A stretch of 60,107 bases of DNA, taken from the NCBI GenBank assembly GCA_004524445.1, contig SDNP01000018.1, positions 1 to 60,107 on the forward strand, read 5' to 3'. Each line of letters begins with the position of its first letter. Position 1 is the stretch's first letter. The position numbers were made by a program, and so were the translations under genes. The DNA is from Candidatus Thorarchaeota archaeon. Its GTDB lineage: Archaea > Asgardarchaeota > Thorarchaeia > Thorarchaeales > Thorarchaeaceae. Of this stretch, positions 1 to 9,786 are shown one piece after another. A model generated the notes under the pieces. The model ran no database searches, was not told where the DNA came from, and saw nothing but the letters and a program-made list of their open reading frames with translations.

Positions 1-2726
1 ATCCTATCGACAATGGATTTGACTTCTTTTCCATGTTTCCGAAATCTATCCTGGGACATCAGATGCTTCATAATATCACCAATATTCAAAGATACGTCGT
101 TCTCACGTATGCTATCCATGGCGGCAAACATCCATTGAGGAGCAACGTACAGATGAGCAGTTTCCGCGTCTTCTCCTTTCAATAGCTTGGTAATTTCTCG
201 AATATCGCCAATTGTGGACTGAACCACTTCCAGTGCCTTTTCTACCGATAAGTCAATCAATGATTCATCCGCTTGTGGCCAGGGTGCAAATGAAACAAAT
301 CCCTCGCCATTCAGGATGGACCATAGTTCCTCAGAAACGTGTGGTGTCATGGGGGCAACCAATCGCACCCAGATATCACAGACATAAGCCATCGTACCAT
401 TGACCTCTTCTTCAGGAATATCTGAGCGTTGCAGATACCGGTTGACGGCCCGTGTCATCTCCGAGGTGGAGTAAATGGCATAGTCTCTTAATCGGAAGTT
501 CTCTAGAAATTCGGTGCTATCCCTCACTATGGAGTTAACCTTTGATAGCAACCACTGTGTCATCTTGGACGGTTTGTCTTCCTTTCTGAAGGCCTTTGGT
601 TCTTTGTCAGAGAAGCGTTTGATGATATTCATGAACTGCTGTAATCTGTTCTTCACCGCGGGTACGTCTCTCTCACGCCAATCCATCAGACTACCCGGTT
701 CTGCTGCAGAGATTACGTACGTTCTGTACACATCAGCCCCGTACTTCTTTGGAATCTCAACCAACGGAATGACATTACCCTTACTCTTTGACATCTTCCC
801 ACCCTCCATATTCACGTGTTCATTCAGACTGATGCATTGTATCCAGTGTTCCTTGGGGAATATGGCGACATGATGGAAGATGGCAAAGCTCAGATGGTTT
901 GAGATGTGAGATGGCGCAGTATGTCGCTGATCATTGGGATACCAGTACAAGAACTCATCGCGCATCGTCTTTAGTAGTGACGCGTCGATGTTAGCTTCCT
1001 CAGATACCGCATCCGGCTTACCCTTGCCTAGAAACACGTAGTCAAAGAACGCAGGAATCAATTGATTGTGCTTCAAGTTATTGTTCTTGATGTGATGGGC
1101 AATGGTGTAGAATGCCATATAGATAGTCGAATCAGACAGGCTCTCGATAATCCATTCATCATCAAATGGTAGACGCGTTCCAATGCCACGCTTTCGTGCA
1201 CAAGGCCTCTGCTTCAGCCAGTCGAATGTGGCCTCAAATAGATTCCTGAAAATCTCGGGAACGATACACATGTCATCTAAAGCTTTCCGAGCCTGTTCTT
1301 TCCAGTTTCCACTGGTATAATCTAAGAACCATTGACCAGAGAAAACTCCAACTTGGATATCAGTTCCACATTTGCAGATAACAGGTCGCGTATCTGGCTC
1401 GAAAAACACATCACTAGAGTTGCTCTCTCGCATCCATCCGATGATATCCTCTTTGACATCCTTGATTCGACGTTCTGAAAACTGCATGCAATTGTCTTTC
1501 ATGACGCCATCGTAAAACTCTGCTTTGTAGATCTCTTGCGTTGCTTCCTCCAACTTCTCGGACTCGTCTTGAGACTCTATTCCTCGCGAATCCACAGCTT
1601 CTTTCGCTGGAAATTCACCATATCCTTCGATATCTATCATGCTGATAATCTCGATTTCCCTCACTTCCTCAGCAGAGATGTCAAATTTCTCCAAGGGAGT
1701 TGGATCATCCCACAAATCCCGCAGAGCTACATAGTCAAATGGAGCGTGACCAGGGACTGAGTAGACAACGCCTGTCGCATTCTCAGGATTCACAAAAGGA
1801 CCAGGGAGGATGAGTAAATCTTTGTCCTCATGTAATGCCTTAAAGCGCTCGCCAATAATCTCTTCACCAGGAAATTCTTCCATGATCTCAATCTCTTTGG
1901 CCTGCAAGCGGAGCTTCTCAGCAGCCTCCTTGGATACAACCCATTTTTCCTCCTTGAACATTGCTTCATCATTGACTTCTACCCAGACATAGGTTGCCGA
2001 GGGGTTGATCCACATATTGGTTATACCAAAGATGGTTTCAGGTCGCAATGTTGCAGCAACCAGATATCCATCCTTGAAAGGAAACTTGATGGCTGTAAAT
2101 TCCTTTATCTTGGCGGTTTCGCCCTCTAAGAGATCATCTTCACCAACAGGATTTCCGCAGCTGGGGCAGTAGAGCAGAGGATAGTTCCCCTGACCTATGT
2201 ATCCTTTGTCCATGAATTTCTCATATTGCCATTCAATGAACTTGTTGTAGATTGGGTCTCCTGTTGTGAATTTTCTCCGCCAGTCGATGCTATAGCCCAA
2301 GGCGTCAAAATCCTTGGAAATAACATCAGCAAAGAACTCTGCAGTCTTCCAAGCATCAGTGAATTCCGCCATCTGTTTTTGTACTTCTTCTTCAGTGTCA
2401 AAATATAGACGAAGGTCCCTCTCATATTGTTCAATGGCATCGGGATCACCCTCCTTGATTCTATCAACCATGCCTTGGATGGGGGTTCCGGTCATGTGAG
2501 ACGCCATTGGGAAGAGGACATTGTAACCCTGCATCCGCTTCCAACGAGCAATCAAGTCGCCTATAGTGTAGGTTCGTCCATGGCCGATATGCAACGCTCC
2601 ATTGACGTATGGATAAGGTACAGTCAGGAAGAATTTCTCTCTCGTTTCGCCCGGGTCTGCCTCAAAGACCTTCTCTTGTTTCCATCTCTTCTGCCATTTT
2701 CTCTCTATTTCGGCAAACTCACTCAT
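1..2726 (-). CDS. leuS: Leucyl-tRNA synthetase, archaeal type (3' end runs off window; absent from ORF track)
   Basis: Manual translation from ATG at 2726: MSEFAEIERKWQKRW...FFLTVPYPYVNGALHIGHGRTY (HIGH motif), CP1 region ATLRPETIFG, and GKMSKSKGN (KMSKS) near 780-800. Confidence 0.97.
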   Translation of the reverse strand, partial: MSEFAEIERKWQKRWKQEKVFEADPGETREKFFLTVPYPYVNGALHIGHGRTYTIGDLIARWKRMQGYNVLFPMASHMTGTPIQGMVDRIKEGDPDAIEQYERDLRLYFDTEEEVQKQMAEFTDAWKTAEFFADVISKDFDALGYSIDWRRKFTTGDPIYNKFIEWQYEKFMDKGYIGQGNYPLLYCPSCGNPVGEDDLLEGETAKIKEFTAIKFPFKDGYLVAATLRPETIFGITNMWINPSATYVWVEVNDEAMFKEEKWVVSKEAAEKLRLQAKEIEIMEEFPGEEIIGERFKALHEDKDLLILPGPFVNPENATGVVYSVPGHAPFDYVALRDLWDDPTPLEKFDISAEEVREIEIISMIDIEGYGEFPAKEAVDSRGIESQDESEKLEEATQEIYKAEFYDGVMKDNCMQFSERRIKDVKEDIIGWMRESNSSDVFFEPDTRPVICKCGTDIQVGVFSGQWFLDYTSGNWKEQARKALDDMCIVPEIFRNLFEATFDWLKQRPCARKRGIGTRLPFDDEWIIESLSDSTIYMAFYTIAHHIKNNNLKHNQLIPAFFDYVFLGKGKPDAVSEEANIDASLLKTMRDEFLYWYPNDQRHTAPSHISNHLSFAIFHHVAIFPKEHWIQCISLNEHVNMEGGKMSKSKGNVIPLVEIPKKYGADVYRTYVISAAEPGSLMDWRERDVPAVKNRLQQFMNIIKRFSDKEPKAFRKEDKPSKMTQWLLSKVNSIVRDSTEFLENFRLRDYAIYSTSEMTRAVNRYLQRSDIPEEEVNGTMAYVCDIWVRLVAPMTPHVSEELWSILNGEGFVSFAPWPQADESLIDLSVEKALEVVQSTIGDIREITKLLKGEDAETAHLYVAPQWMFAAMDSIRENDVSLNIGDIMKHLMSQDRFRKHGKEVKSIVDR

Positions 2727-2980
2727 CTTTGGAGACCTCTGGTAAGGTAGTGATTAGTCGGTTGTGAACAGAATCCGCTATAAAGGACTCGCAAAAAGAG
2801 CTTCTTTCATCTAAGAAGAACGCAATCCAACCTAGGTTCACATCCACTTTTTTAGATACATGAACCGCTTTTTAGACCTATGGTCAGCTGCAGTTGACCT
2901 AATTGCAATGGTATTCTTCGACGATGTCATTTCACTATAGTTATAATGTGCGTTGTTTAGATTACCAATGGTGTAACTCA

Positions 2981-3202
2981 TTGGCTATCAAAGTGATAAT
3001 TGATCAAGAAGAATGCATAATGTGTGGAACATGCGAAGATTTGTGTCCAGAGGTCTTTGTTCTCGGAGAGGATGATATAGCGGAAATAGTCGAAGAATAC
3101 CAGACTGAAGATACTGCGCATGGGGAAATACCTGAAGAGCAGGAGGAATGCGCACAATCTGCAGCAGATGCATGTCCCGTGGCGATAATCCACTTAACCT
3201 AG
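2981..3202 (+). CDS. Single-cluster [4Fe-4S] ferredoxin
   Basis: CIMCGTCEDLCPEVF ... AADACPVAII; acidic; probable TTG start at 2981. Confidence 0.92.
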   Translation: MAIKVIIDQEECIMCGTCEDLCPEVFVLGEDDIAEIVEEYQTEDTAHGEIPEEQEECAQSAADACPVAIIHLT

Positions 3203-3277
3203 ATTCACTCTGACTGACAATCAAGCGGCATTACTGCATAATTCCCTTTGAGAATAATGCCGCGTTTTTCGATTTTT

Positions 3278-4114
3278 CTATTGTAACTCAGACCCGATTC
3301 CGGACGGTATTGGTCCCTCTGGGAAGTTGAACCTTGTTCCACAGTTCTGGCATTGTATCTTTCCCTGTGAATCAACGGAGGACTCGTCATAGAAATATGT
3401 GGCAGCGCAGTTGGGGCATTTTGCTCTACGTGCTGTTTTCGAGGGCTTGCCCATGTCATACACCTTACCTTTTTCAAAATGCAAAGCCACGAATCTTCCA
3501 ATAAAACCATAGATAGGAGTATAGACAATAAGGAATAGAAACTGCAGGAGAATATACAGTGTTAGGTCAAGCGTTGCTCGGATAAAATTCACTATAAGAA
3601 TTGGAATTCCAACGACTACGATTAGCACCAAGAGGGCAAGACCATGTCCTAGGAGTGCCTTCCAATCTGGTTTGGCGTCTATTGACCAGAAATACCCGGA
3701 CAACCCCATATTGATCCAGCCAGCTAGAATGAGCATTGCCATGATTCCAATAACCAATCCAAATATACTCCCCAGAGCAATGAAAATTGCTAGAAAGAAA
3801 ATCCAAAAGAAGGAACCTAGTCCAAATATCAATGTAAGCAAAAAGCCTTGGGCGAATAATTTCGGAAGGTCCTGAATGATGCTTCTTTCAACATTCTCGG
3901 GTCGTTTACCCCAAGGGATATACTCTTCTTCTGGCTCTTCAAGCGGCATCACCTTAGGGGGAACTGCACTTTCTTGGATACTTGCCTCCATAGGTTTTCC
4001 GCAATTTTGGCACTCTACAAACCCGTCATCATCAATATGCTTCTTCGAATAGAGATATGATGCTCCACAACGGGGACACTCGATTCGTAGCTTATCCTGC
4101 GTTTCTAAATCCAA
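3278..4114 (-). CDS. Membrane protein with N- and C-terminal zinc ribbons
   Basis: CPRC...CQNC at the N-terminus, about 4 hydrophobic helices, CPNC...CQNC at the C-terminus. Confidence 0.8.
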   Translation of the reverse strand: MDLETQDKLRIECPRCGASYLYSKKHIDDDGFVECQNCGKPMEASIQESAVPPKVMPLEEPEEEYIPWGKRPENVERSIIQDLPKLFAQGFLLTLIFGLGSFFWIFFLAIFIALGSIFGLVIGIMAMLILAGWINMGLSGYFWSIDAKPDWKALLGHGLALLVLIVVVGIPILIVNFIRATLDLTLYILLQFLFLIVYTPIYGFIGRFVALHFEKGKVYDMGKPSKTARRAKCPNCAATYFYDESSVDSQGKIQCQNCGTRFNFPEGPIPSGIGSELQ

Positions 4115-4207
4115 CTGAATGTGCCCTCCGAAATCCGATTTATGCTATATTGACATTCTTTTCTGGTATATTAAAAACTTGGTTCCTACTCCAAGAAACC
4201 ACCCCAT

Positions 4208-5014
4208 TCATTCGGATTTCACTATACGTAGTTTCTCACAATACTTCTGCATACCAGCAGTGGAGCTCAAGACCTGCCTAAGGTTCCGTTTTGTTTGAGC
4301 GGTAATCTCAATGGCAGTTTCCTTCCTGATGATGGAGAGTTCCTCGATTAGCTCGGAAATCAATTCGGATGGCATCGTGAGCGGATTGACAACCGGAATA
4401 TCGCTTTCTACCAAGAGTAGGTCATAGGGGGTGTGTTCTGCAATCTCCCTTGTGCGCTTCCACAGCGGGTTGCGATCCTTGAACTCCTGAAGAATCCCCC
4501 GCCCAATTGATATCATGAAATCATTATCGATAACTCTTGATAGTGACTCAACTGGCCCCTCGTAGCCATGAAGAATCACTCCAGCAGGGTTGTATGTTTC
4601 CAGAATAGAGAGAACCTCTCGTTCTGCGCCAGCACAATGAACATTGACCGTTTTATCATATTCACACGCAGCCTCAAGAATTGATTCAAAGACTTTTTTC
4701 TGGGCATTAAGTATTGACTCATCGAATGCCCCTTTATTATCTAAGCCAATTTCGCCAATTACACCAGCAGAAACCACCTCTTGATAGATTTCATCTAGTC
4801 GATTCTTATGGTGCGGAGCAACCTTTGGGTGTATACCAAAACTGGGAATGATGCAGTCGGATTCGTGAATGCACGACTCGGTCTCATGAAATGTCGCAAA
4901 ATCAGAGGATACCGCTATCACGACCATATTGGTGTCTTCAATGTCCTTTATTGCCCGTTCAATTTTGTCCCCGTACACAGTCAAGTGACAATGCGCATCT
5001 ATCATATCTACCAC
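4208..5014 (-). CDS. tatD: TatD family metal-dependent nuclease
   Basis: DAHCHL, GIHP, GEIGLD, VNVHC, ILHGY, LLVESD motifs. Confidence 0.93.
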   Translation of the reverse strand: MVDMIDAHCHLTVYGDKIERAIKDIEDTNMVVIAVSSDFATFHETESCIHESDCIIPSFGIHPKVAPHHKNRLDEIYQEVVSAGVIGEIGLDNKGAFDESILNAQKKVFESILEAACEYDKTVNVHCAGAEREVLSILETYNPAGVILHGYEGPVESLSRVIDNDFMISIGRGILQEFKDRNPLWKRTREIAEHTPYDLLLVESDIPVVNPLTMPSELISELIEELSIIRKETAIEITAQTKRNLRQVLSSTAGMQKYCEKLRIVKSE

Positions 5015-5184
5015 ATAGCCTGAAGTTCAAATGGACACCCACAACCTCCACTTACTGAACTCCATTCCCACGATACAAACAACAAATAGCCTATTAACAT
5101 TTTGCGAAGTTCATTCCTTTTTTGTTGAAAATCTAGCATGGCCGGATGGTATTGTTTATAGTCCATTATCAAACGGAACACCGC

Positions 5185-5883
5185 ATGCCCCAGAGCAAGG
5201 ATGGATTGAGCAAGCAGAGAAACAGTCCTATTCATGACTGGTTTATGGACGAACACGGCGAATTCATAGATTTGCATGCTCAACTTCATACCTATAGTGA
5301 AGTTATTGATTTCTTGAAGCATGTTGAGGATGAATATTCAATCAAAGAATATAGTAACGGCAATAATGCAGGAGCGAGGTGGCTATTCCAAATCTATTCT
5401 CGCGAGTTCATTCAGCAGGTGGCTGATATCGTAGAAAACATACTCCGTGAAATCGATATGGATGGACCTATCCTTGAAGTAATGGCGGGTGATGGTAGAC
5501 TGGCGGACTTTCTGAGACCTCTACTTGAGAGAGAATATATTGCCACTGATGTCAAGTCCAAGAGATATAATATCGCGTATCCAAAATGGATTCATGAACT
5601 AGATGCAGAGGATGCAATTGCAGAATTCAATCCAGCCATTGCGATTATGTCATGGGAACCATATCTTTCCACAAAGAGCATTGAGATTGTGGATAGTGGC
5701 ATTCCGCTCATGTGGATCGGAAATCCGGAGCGTTGTGGGCACTTTGATCTCTTTGATAGAAAGCATGCAGGATTAGATTGTGCCTTCTGCGTTAGTAGAC
5801 ATGACAGGATTCAGGAGGAAGAATTCGTCACAGGTATATTTCTTTTCAACATCGACCTAGATAGTTGCTCTTCTATTCTCTAA
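5185..5883 (+). CDS. Hypothetical protein with a class I SAM-methyltransferase-like fold
   Basis: ILEVMAGDGRL resembles SAM motif I, followed by IATD; start uncertain (5146 or 5185). Confidence 0.55.
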   Translation: MPQSKDGLSKQRNSPIHDWFMDEHGEFIDLHAQLHTYSEVIDFLKHVEDEYSIKEYSNGNNAGARWLFQIYSREFIQQVADIVENILREIDMDGPILEVMAGDGRLADFLRPLLEREYIATDVKSKRYNIAYPKWIHELDAEDAIAEFNPAIAIMSWEPYLSTKSIEIVDSGIPLMWIGNPERCGHFDLFDRKHAGLDCAFCVSRHDRIQEEEFVTGIFLFNIDLDSCSSIL

Positions 5884-5961
5884 TGGTTTGCCTAATTCGC
5901 CCTATGTTTCAGATCATATTTGTGATGTGTCTGTAGATTCTGAGAACCACAGGGGAGGTCT

Positions 5962-6900
5962 CTATTCAGGGAGATTGATTGTATGGTTCCCGTCCGAGTC
6001 AAAGGTAATCCGCATCAGGTCACGAGCAAGCATCGAATTTGCAAAGACTTCTTTAGCTTCAGACAATATCGTTTGTCCATCACCATATCGAGGGCTATAA
6101 TGAGTGAGCAGTAGGAGCTCAACATCAGCGTCCTCTGCAATCTCGGCAGCTTCTCTCGCTGTTGTATGCCCACGTTCATCTGCTAAATCAGCATGCTCTT
6201 CTGCATACATTGCCTCATGAACCAATAGGTTCGCATTTTTGGCTGATTCTCGGACAGCATTGCAGGGTCGAGTATCCCCCGAATATACGATCTTGATTGG
6301 CTTATCTCGTTCTCCTGTCACCTGCTCGGGTTCCACCGATACGCCTGATTCCAATTCAATTGTCTGACCAGATGCCAGCTTGCCCCATAACGGCCCCTCT
6401 GGAACACCTATCTCTCTCGCTTTCTCCGGCAAGAAAGGGCCTGTTGCCCGTTGGTAGATGAATTCATAGCCAAGTGTAAATCCTCTATGGTCGACTTGAA
6501 AGGCACGAATTCCGGCATCTTCCTGCTCAAAGACTATACCTTCTTCTATGGCATGTACGGTTGTGGGAAAGGTTGTTCCGAGATTGATTGTGTTTTGATT
6601 TACTCTAACAAAATCTAACAAAGGAGCAGGTCCAAACACTTGGAGGGGACGCTCCCTACCTAAGAGAGAGAATCGCAACAAAAGACCACCAAGTCCCAAC
6701 ACATGATCCGCATGAATGTGGGAAATGAATATTGCCATGTGCTTGTTCATTCCTGCATTTGCCTCAACAAAGCGCCTCTGAACATCCTCTCCGGCGTCAA
6801 AGAGAAGATTCCATCCCTCATAACGTATCAAATATGCAGGGTGATTTCGTCCGGGAAGGGGGATTGAACCGCCCGAGCCTAGAACTACAAATTCAATCAT
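5962..6900 (-). CDS. rnz: Ribonuclease Z
   Basis: SHIHADH, GP-rich exosite (GVPEGPLWGKL), YSGDT, HEA, HTT, THYSPRY. Confidence 0.96.
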   Translation of the reverse strand: MIEFVVLGSGGSIPLPGRNHPAYLIRYEGWNLLFDAGEDVQRRFVEANAGMNKHMAIFISHIHADHVLGLGGLLLRFSLLGRERPLQVFGPAPLLDFVRVNQNTINLGTTFPTTVHAIEEGIVFEQEDAGIRAFQVDHRGFTLGYEFIYQRATGPFLPEKAREIGVPEGPLWGKLASGQTIELESGVSVEPEQVTGERDKPIKIVYSGDTRPCNAVRESAKNANLLVHEAMYAEEHADLADERGHTTAREAAEIAEDADVELLLLTHYSPRYGDGQTILSEAKEVFANSMLARDLMRITFDSDGNHTINLPE

Positions 6901-6956
6901 TACAACTCTGGTCTAGAATTGTGCAGACTGATTGATATTGTTTGCTCAGTCGCAAA

Positions 6957-8348
6957 TCAAGCCAGATCCAGTGGAAGATTCGTTGATTCAGCATTACTTC
7001 GCATTGTAGGGTAGGTTGTGATATCGATATCATCTGAGTCCCAAAGCCAATTTCCAACCATGTGGTCATAACGGTTTGAGAATCTGAAGGAGGAAGACAA
7101 ACTGGCATCCATTTTGTATAGCTGAAATTCTCTCACCATGAGGTTCTCTGAGGTCAAAGCTTCAATAATCGTTTCCGCACCGCCCGCGGGCAAAGCTGTT
7201 GTTAACAACACCTTCCGTTCCCGATGATTCTCTATATTACTGATTTGACTGATATAGGTTAGAGGGAGCCGTTTCCATGCATGCATTATCTTTGCTGACA
7301 CTGCGGGAGTACATGTTCCGATGATCCGATCCGTAAAGAGGGGTACTGAAATCCGAGCGCGAGGGATAGCCAGCTTCTTTGACTGAATTTTTGAACGATA
7401 ACGATACACCATGCTTTCTGATGCATCTACGCTATCAGCAATCTCTCGTGCACTGGCATTGTAGTCTTCCATTAAATGATCTATAATCATTACTTCTGTT
7501 TCTGACATCTTGGGCGGAAATGATAATTTTGAAACCGTGGGGAGTTCACCCATAGCAAGATCATGATCCGTTCGGAGTAGTAGTCTGAAGTGTAGCTCGT
7601 TCACATGCCAGCGTTTCTTTCTTCGGTCATAGTATTTCGCAGAAAAATGTGGCTTCCCTGTAGACAGCCTCCATGCGGTCGCTGATTGAGAATCACGCCG
7701 AAGAGTTCGAACAACCCTAAGAATTTGGTCCCGGTAGTTAGAAGGAAATAATGCAATGAGGAAGACACGGCGTATCGGGCCATCGACGAAAAGATATCGA
7801 GTGATGTAAGGAGAGATGAGGAGAGTCTCAGGTTCCTCTAATTCGATGAGTATCCGATCAAGTCCAAGTTTGGCGACATTGGGAATAGACTTGAATTCCA
7901 AAATAGAGGTCGATTGTAACTGTTCTATGGCACGTCTTGTCTGTCCATATGACAAATCTATCTGTCGTGCGAGATCTTTGATTGAGAGGTGAGGACATTT
8001 GAGTAGCCCGGTAATTGCCTTTACCTCTGTTCCATTCAGTTTGCTTACCTTACGGTTCCAGACACGCTTAATCAGATTGAGCAATACATCTTGAGATACT
8101 ACTTCGATTCCGCCGAGGCCTATCAAGTCTTCCAGACGCCCGAGGACCGCATCATAGAGATTACCCTTGTAGGTTGCAAGATACTCTCTTAGCTGACCGA
8201 CTTCTGGCCCAGGTTGAAATATACCCGCATCATCTTCGCACTGCATATTTTTGAGAGCCTGCAATAGTGCCGCAGCTGAATGGGAGAGGTTGTTGTCGAT
8301 TCTGGTTTCAATTTTTATGTCGTTCATTGTTTTGCGCTCCCAAAACAT
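6957..8348 (-). CDS. Hypothetical regulator with two HTH (Lrp/AsnC-like) modules
   Basis: Two HTH-like segments: SIKDLARQIDLSYGQTRRAIEQL and SAREIADSVDASESMVYRY. Confidence 0.65.
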   Translation of the reverse strand: MFWERKTMNDIKIETRIDNNLSHSAAALLQALKNMQCEDDAGIFQPGPEVGQLREYLATYKGNLYDAVLGRLEDLIGLGGIEVVSQDVLLNLIKRVWNRKVSKLNGTEVKAITGLLKCPHLSIKDLARQIDLSYGQTRRAIEQLQSTSILEFKSIPNVAKLGLDRILIELEEPETLLISPYITRYLFVDGPIRRVFLIALFPSNYRDQILRVVRTLRRDSQSATAWRLSTGKPHFSAKYYDRRKKRWHVNELHFRLLLRTDHDLAMGELPTVSKLSFPPKMSETEVMIIDHLMEDYNASAREIADSVDASESMVYRYRSKIQSKKLAIPRARISVPLFTDRIIGTCTPAVSAKIMHAWKRLPLTYISQISNIENHRERKVLLTTALPAGGAETIIEALTSENLMVREFQLYKMDASLSSSFRFSNRYDHMVGNWLWDSDDIDITTYPTMRSNAESTNLPLDLA

Positions 8349-8402
8349 AAATGAGTAGATGAAAGATAATGTGTGATTTTGTACTGTAAAACCACTAAAA
8401 AG

Positions 8403-9188
8403 CTACACGGGATTTGCTTCCTTCCAAAGCGAATTGAAGTATGTGCTCGCAATTTCAGCAAATACTGCATGGTTTGAATAGATCCCTAAGAAGGTCCTAT
8501 CTTGACCAGCACCCGCAAGCATAATCAAAGTTTCTCTCGCGTCAGTTACCATTCCAATGCCAAAGACACGAGGTCTTGTTCTAACCTCGATAGAATCGGG
8601 AAGTAAGGTTTGTACTTCTTCAGGAATATCAGCAGTCAAGACTCGAACTTTTGCTATTTTGAGTGTGAGTATTCGATCTACCACATCTGAGAGGTCCTTG
8701 AGGTCAGTATCGATATCAATAGCCTCCACATCTAGCGTAGGAACCGAGAGGACAACCTCTTCCTTCGCGGCATCAAGCATCTCCAGAGCTTTGGCAAGAA
8801 TGGCTGCTCTACCATGAAGCAAATACACATCCCGCGTTGTGACCTGAGTTTCTTGCTCGAATCGTGGCTGTAATTCCTCAACTACTGCTTTACTTGCTGT
8901 TTCTAAGCGGTTCTCCCAGGTAATCCTCACCAATCGCGTAACCTCGGTCGGAGCCTTTGGAATATACATAGTGGGTCGCCCCCGGCGCGATTGAATGAAT
9001 CCCTTCTCCTCCAATCGCCCCAGCACGTCATATACCCGTGAATAAGGAACTCCTGAATCGGAACTGATGTCAGATGCTGACATTTCTCCACCGTCGACAA
9101 GGGACACATAGCACTGCACCTCATATTCAGTCAATCCAAATTCCTTCAACGCTTTCAGAGTCTTCTCACTGACGGACATCTGCATCAA
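8403..9188 (-). CDS. TrmB family transcriptional regulator
   Basis: LKEFGLTEYE...SGVPYSRVYDVLGRLEEKGFI...GRPTMY plus C-terminal effector domain. Confidence 0.93.
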   Translation of the reverse strand: MMQMSVSEKTLKALKEFGLTEYEVQCYVSLVDGGEMSASDISSDSGVPYSRVYDVLGRLEEKGFIQSRRGRPTMYIPKAPTEVTRLVRITWENRLETASKAVVEELQPRFEQETQVTTRDVYLLHGRAAILAKALEMLDAAKEEVVLSVPTLDVEAIDIDTDLKDLSDVVDRILTLKIAKVRVLTADIPEEVQTLLPDSIEVRTRPRVFGIGMVTDARETLIMLAGAGQDRTFLGIYSNHAVFAEIASTYFNSLWKEANPV

Positions 9189-9222
9189 TTCATATATGAT
9201 ACCAAGTCGGTCTTAAGAGTTA

Positions 9223-9786
9223 TCAGACTCGCTCCTTGTACCACTCAAGGAACTGAGTAAAAGCCCTTGTTCTGTGAGAAATGGCTATCTTCTCAGAGAA
9301 GCTCAGTTCTGCATAAGTACGTTCATTTCCCTGGGGAATGAAAATCGGGTCATAGCCAAACCCGCCACTCCCGGCTTCCTCCAGAGAGATTTCACCAATC
9401 ATCTCACCTGTGAATACTTCCACGGCATCAGAATCCGCAAATCCGACAGCTGTAACGAACCTAGCTGATCTCTTGGTCTCGCCTTTCATCAATTTTAGAA
9501 TCCCATTGACTCCGATGGTCTCTAACACAAACGCAGGATATGCCATAGGAAACCCATTGAGGGAATCAATGAATAGACCGGTGTCATCCAAGACCAGGGG
9601 TCTCTCAACCTCTGCGAATGCATACTTGGCAGCTTCGCGAGCAACGACCTCAATAGAGTTCGAGCGTACTTCCCGTTTCTCAAGAGGAGAGGTTTCGAAG
9701 TCCACCCCATAATTATTGAAGAGTGGCGTCAGTTCACGTAGCTTGTGTTCATTTTGAGTGACAAGAAGGATTCTACTGTTTGACAT
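9223..9786 (-). CDS. rdgB: Non-canonical purine NTP pyrophosphatase (HAM1/RdgB)
   Basis: TQNEHKLRE, DDTGL, GFGYDPIF, SHR motifs. Confidence 0.95.
   Translation of the reverse strand: MSNSRILLVTQNEHKLRELTPLFNNYGVDFETSPLEKREVRSNSIEVVAREAAKYAFAEVERPLVLDDTGLFIDSLNGFPMAYPAFVLETIGVNGILKLMKGETKRSARFVTAVGFADSDAVEVFTGEMIGEISLEEAGSGGFGYDPIFIPQGNERTYAELSFSEKIAISHRTRAFTQFLEWYKERV

Noticed and set aside
212-2750. Many short ORFs in the track
   Set aside because: All overlap the long minus-strand leuS frame, which the track omitted because it leaves the window
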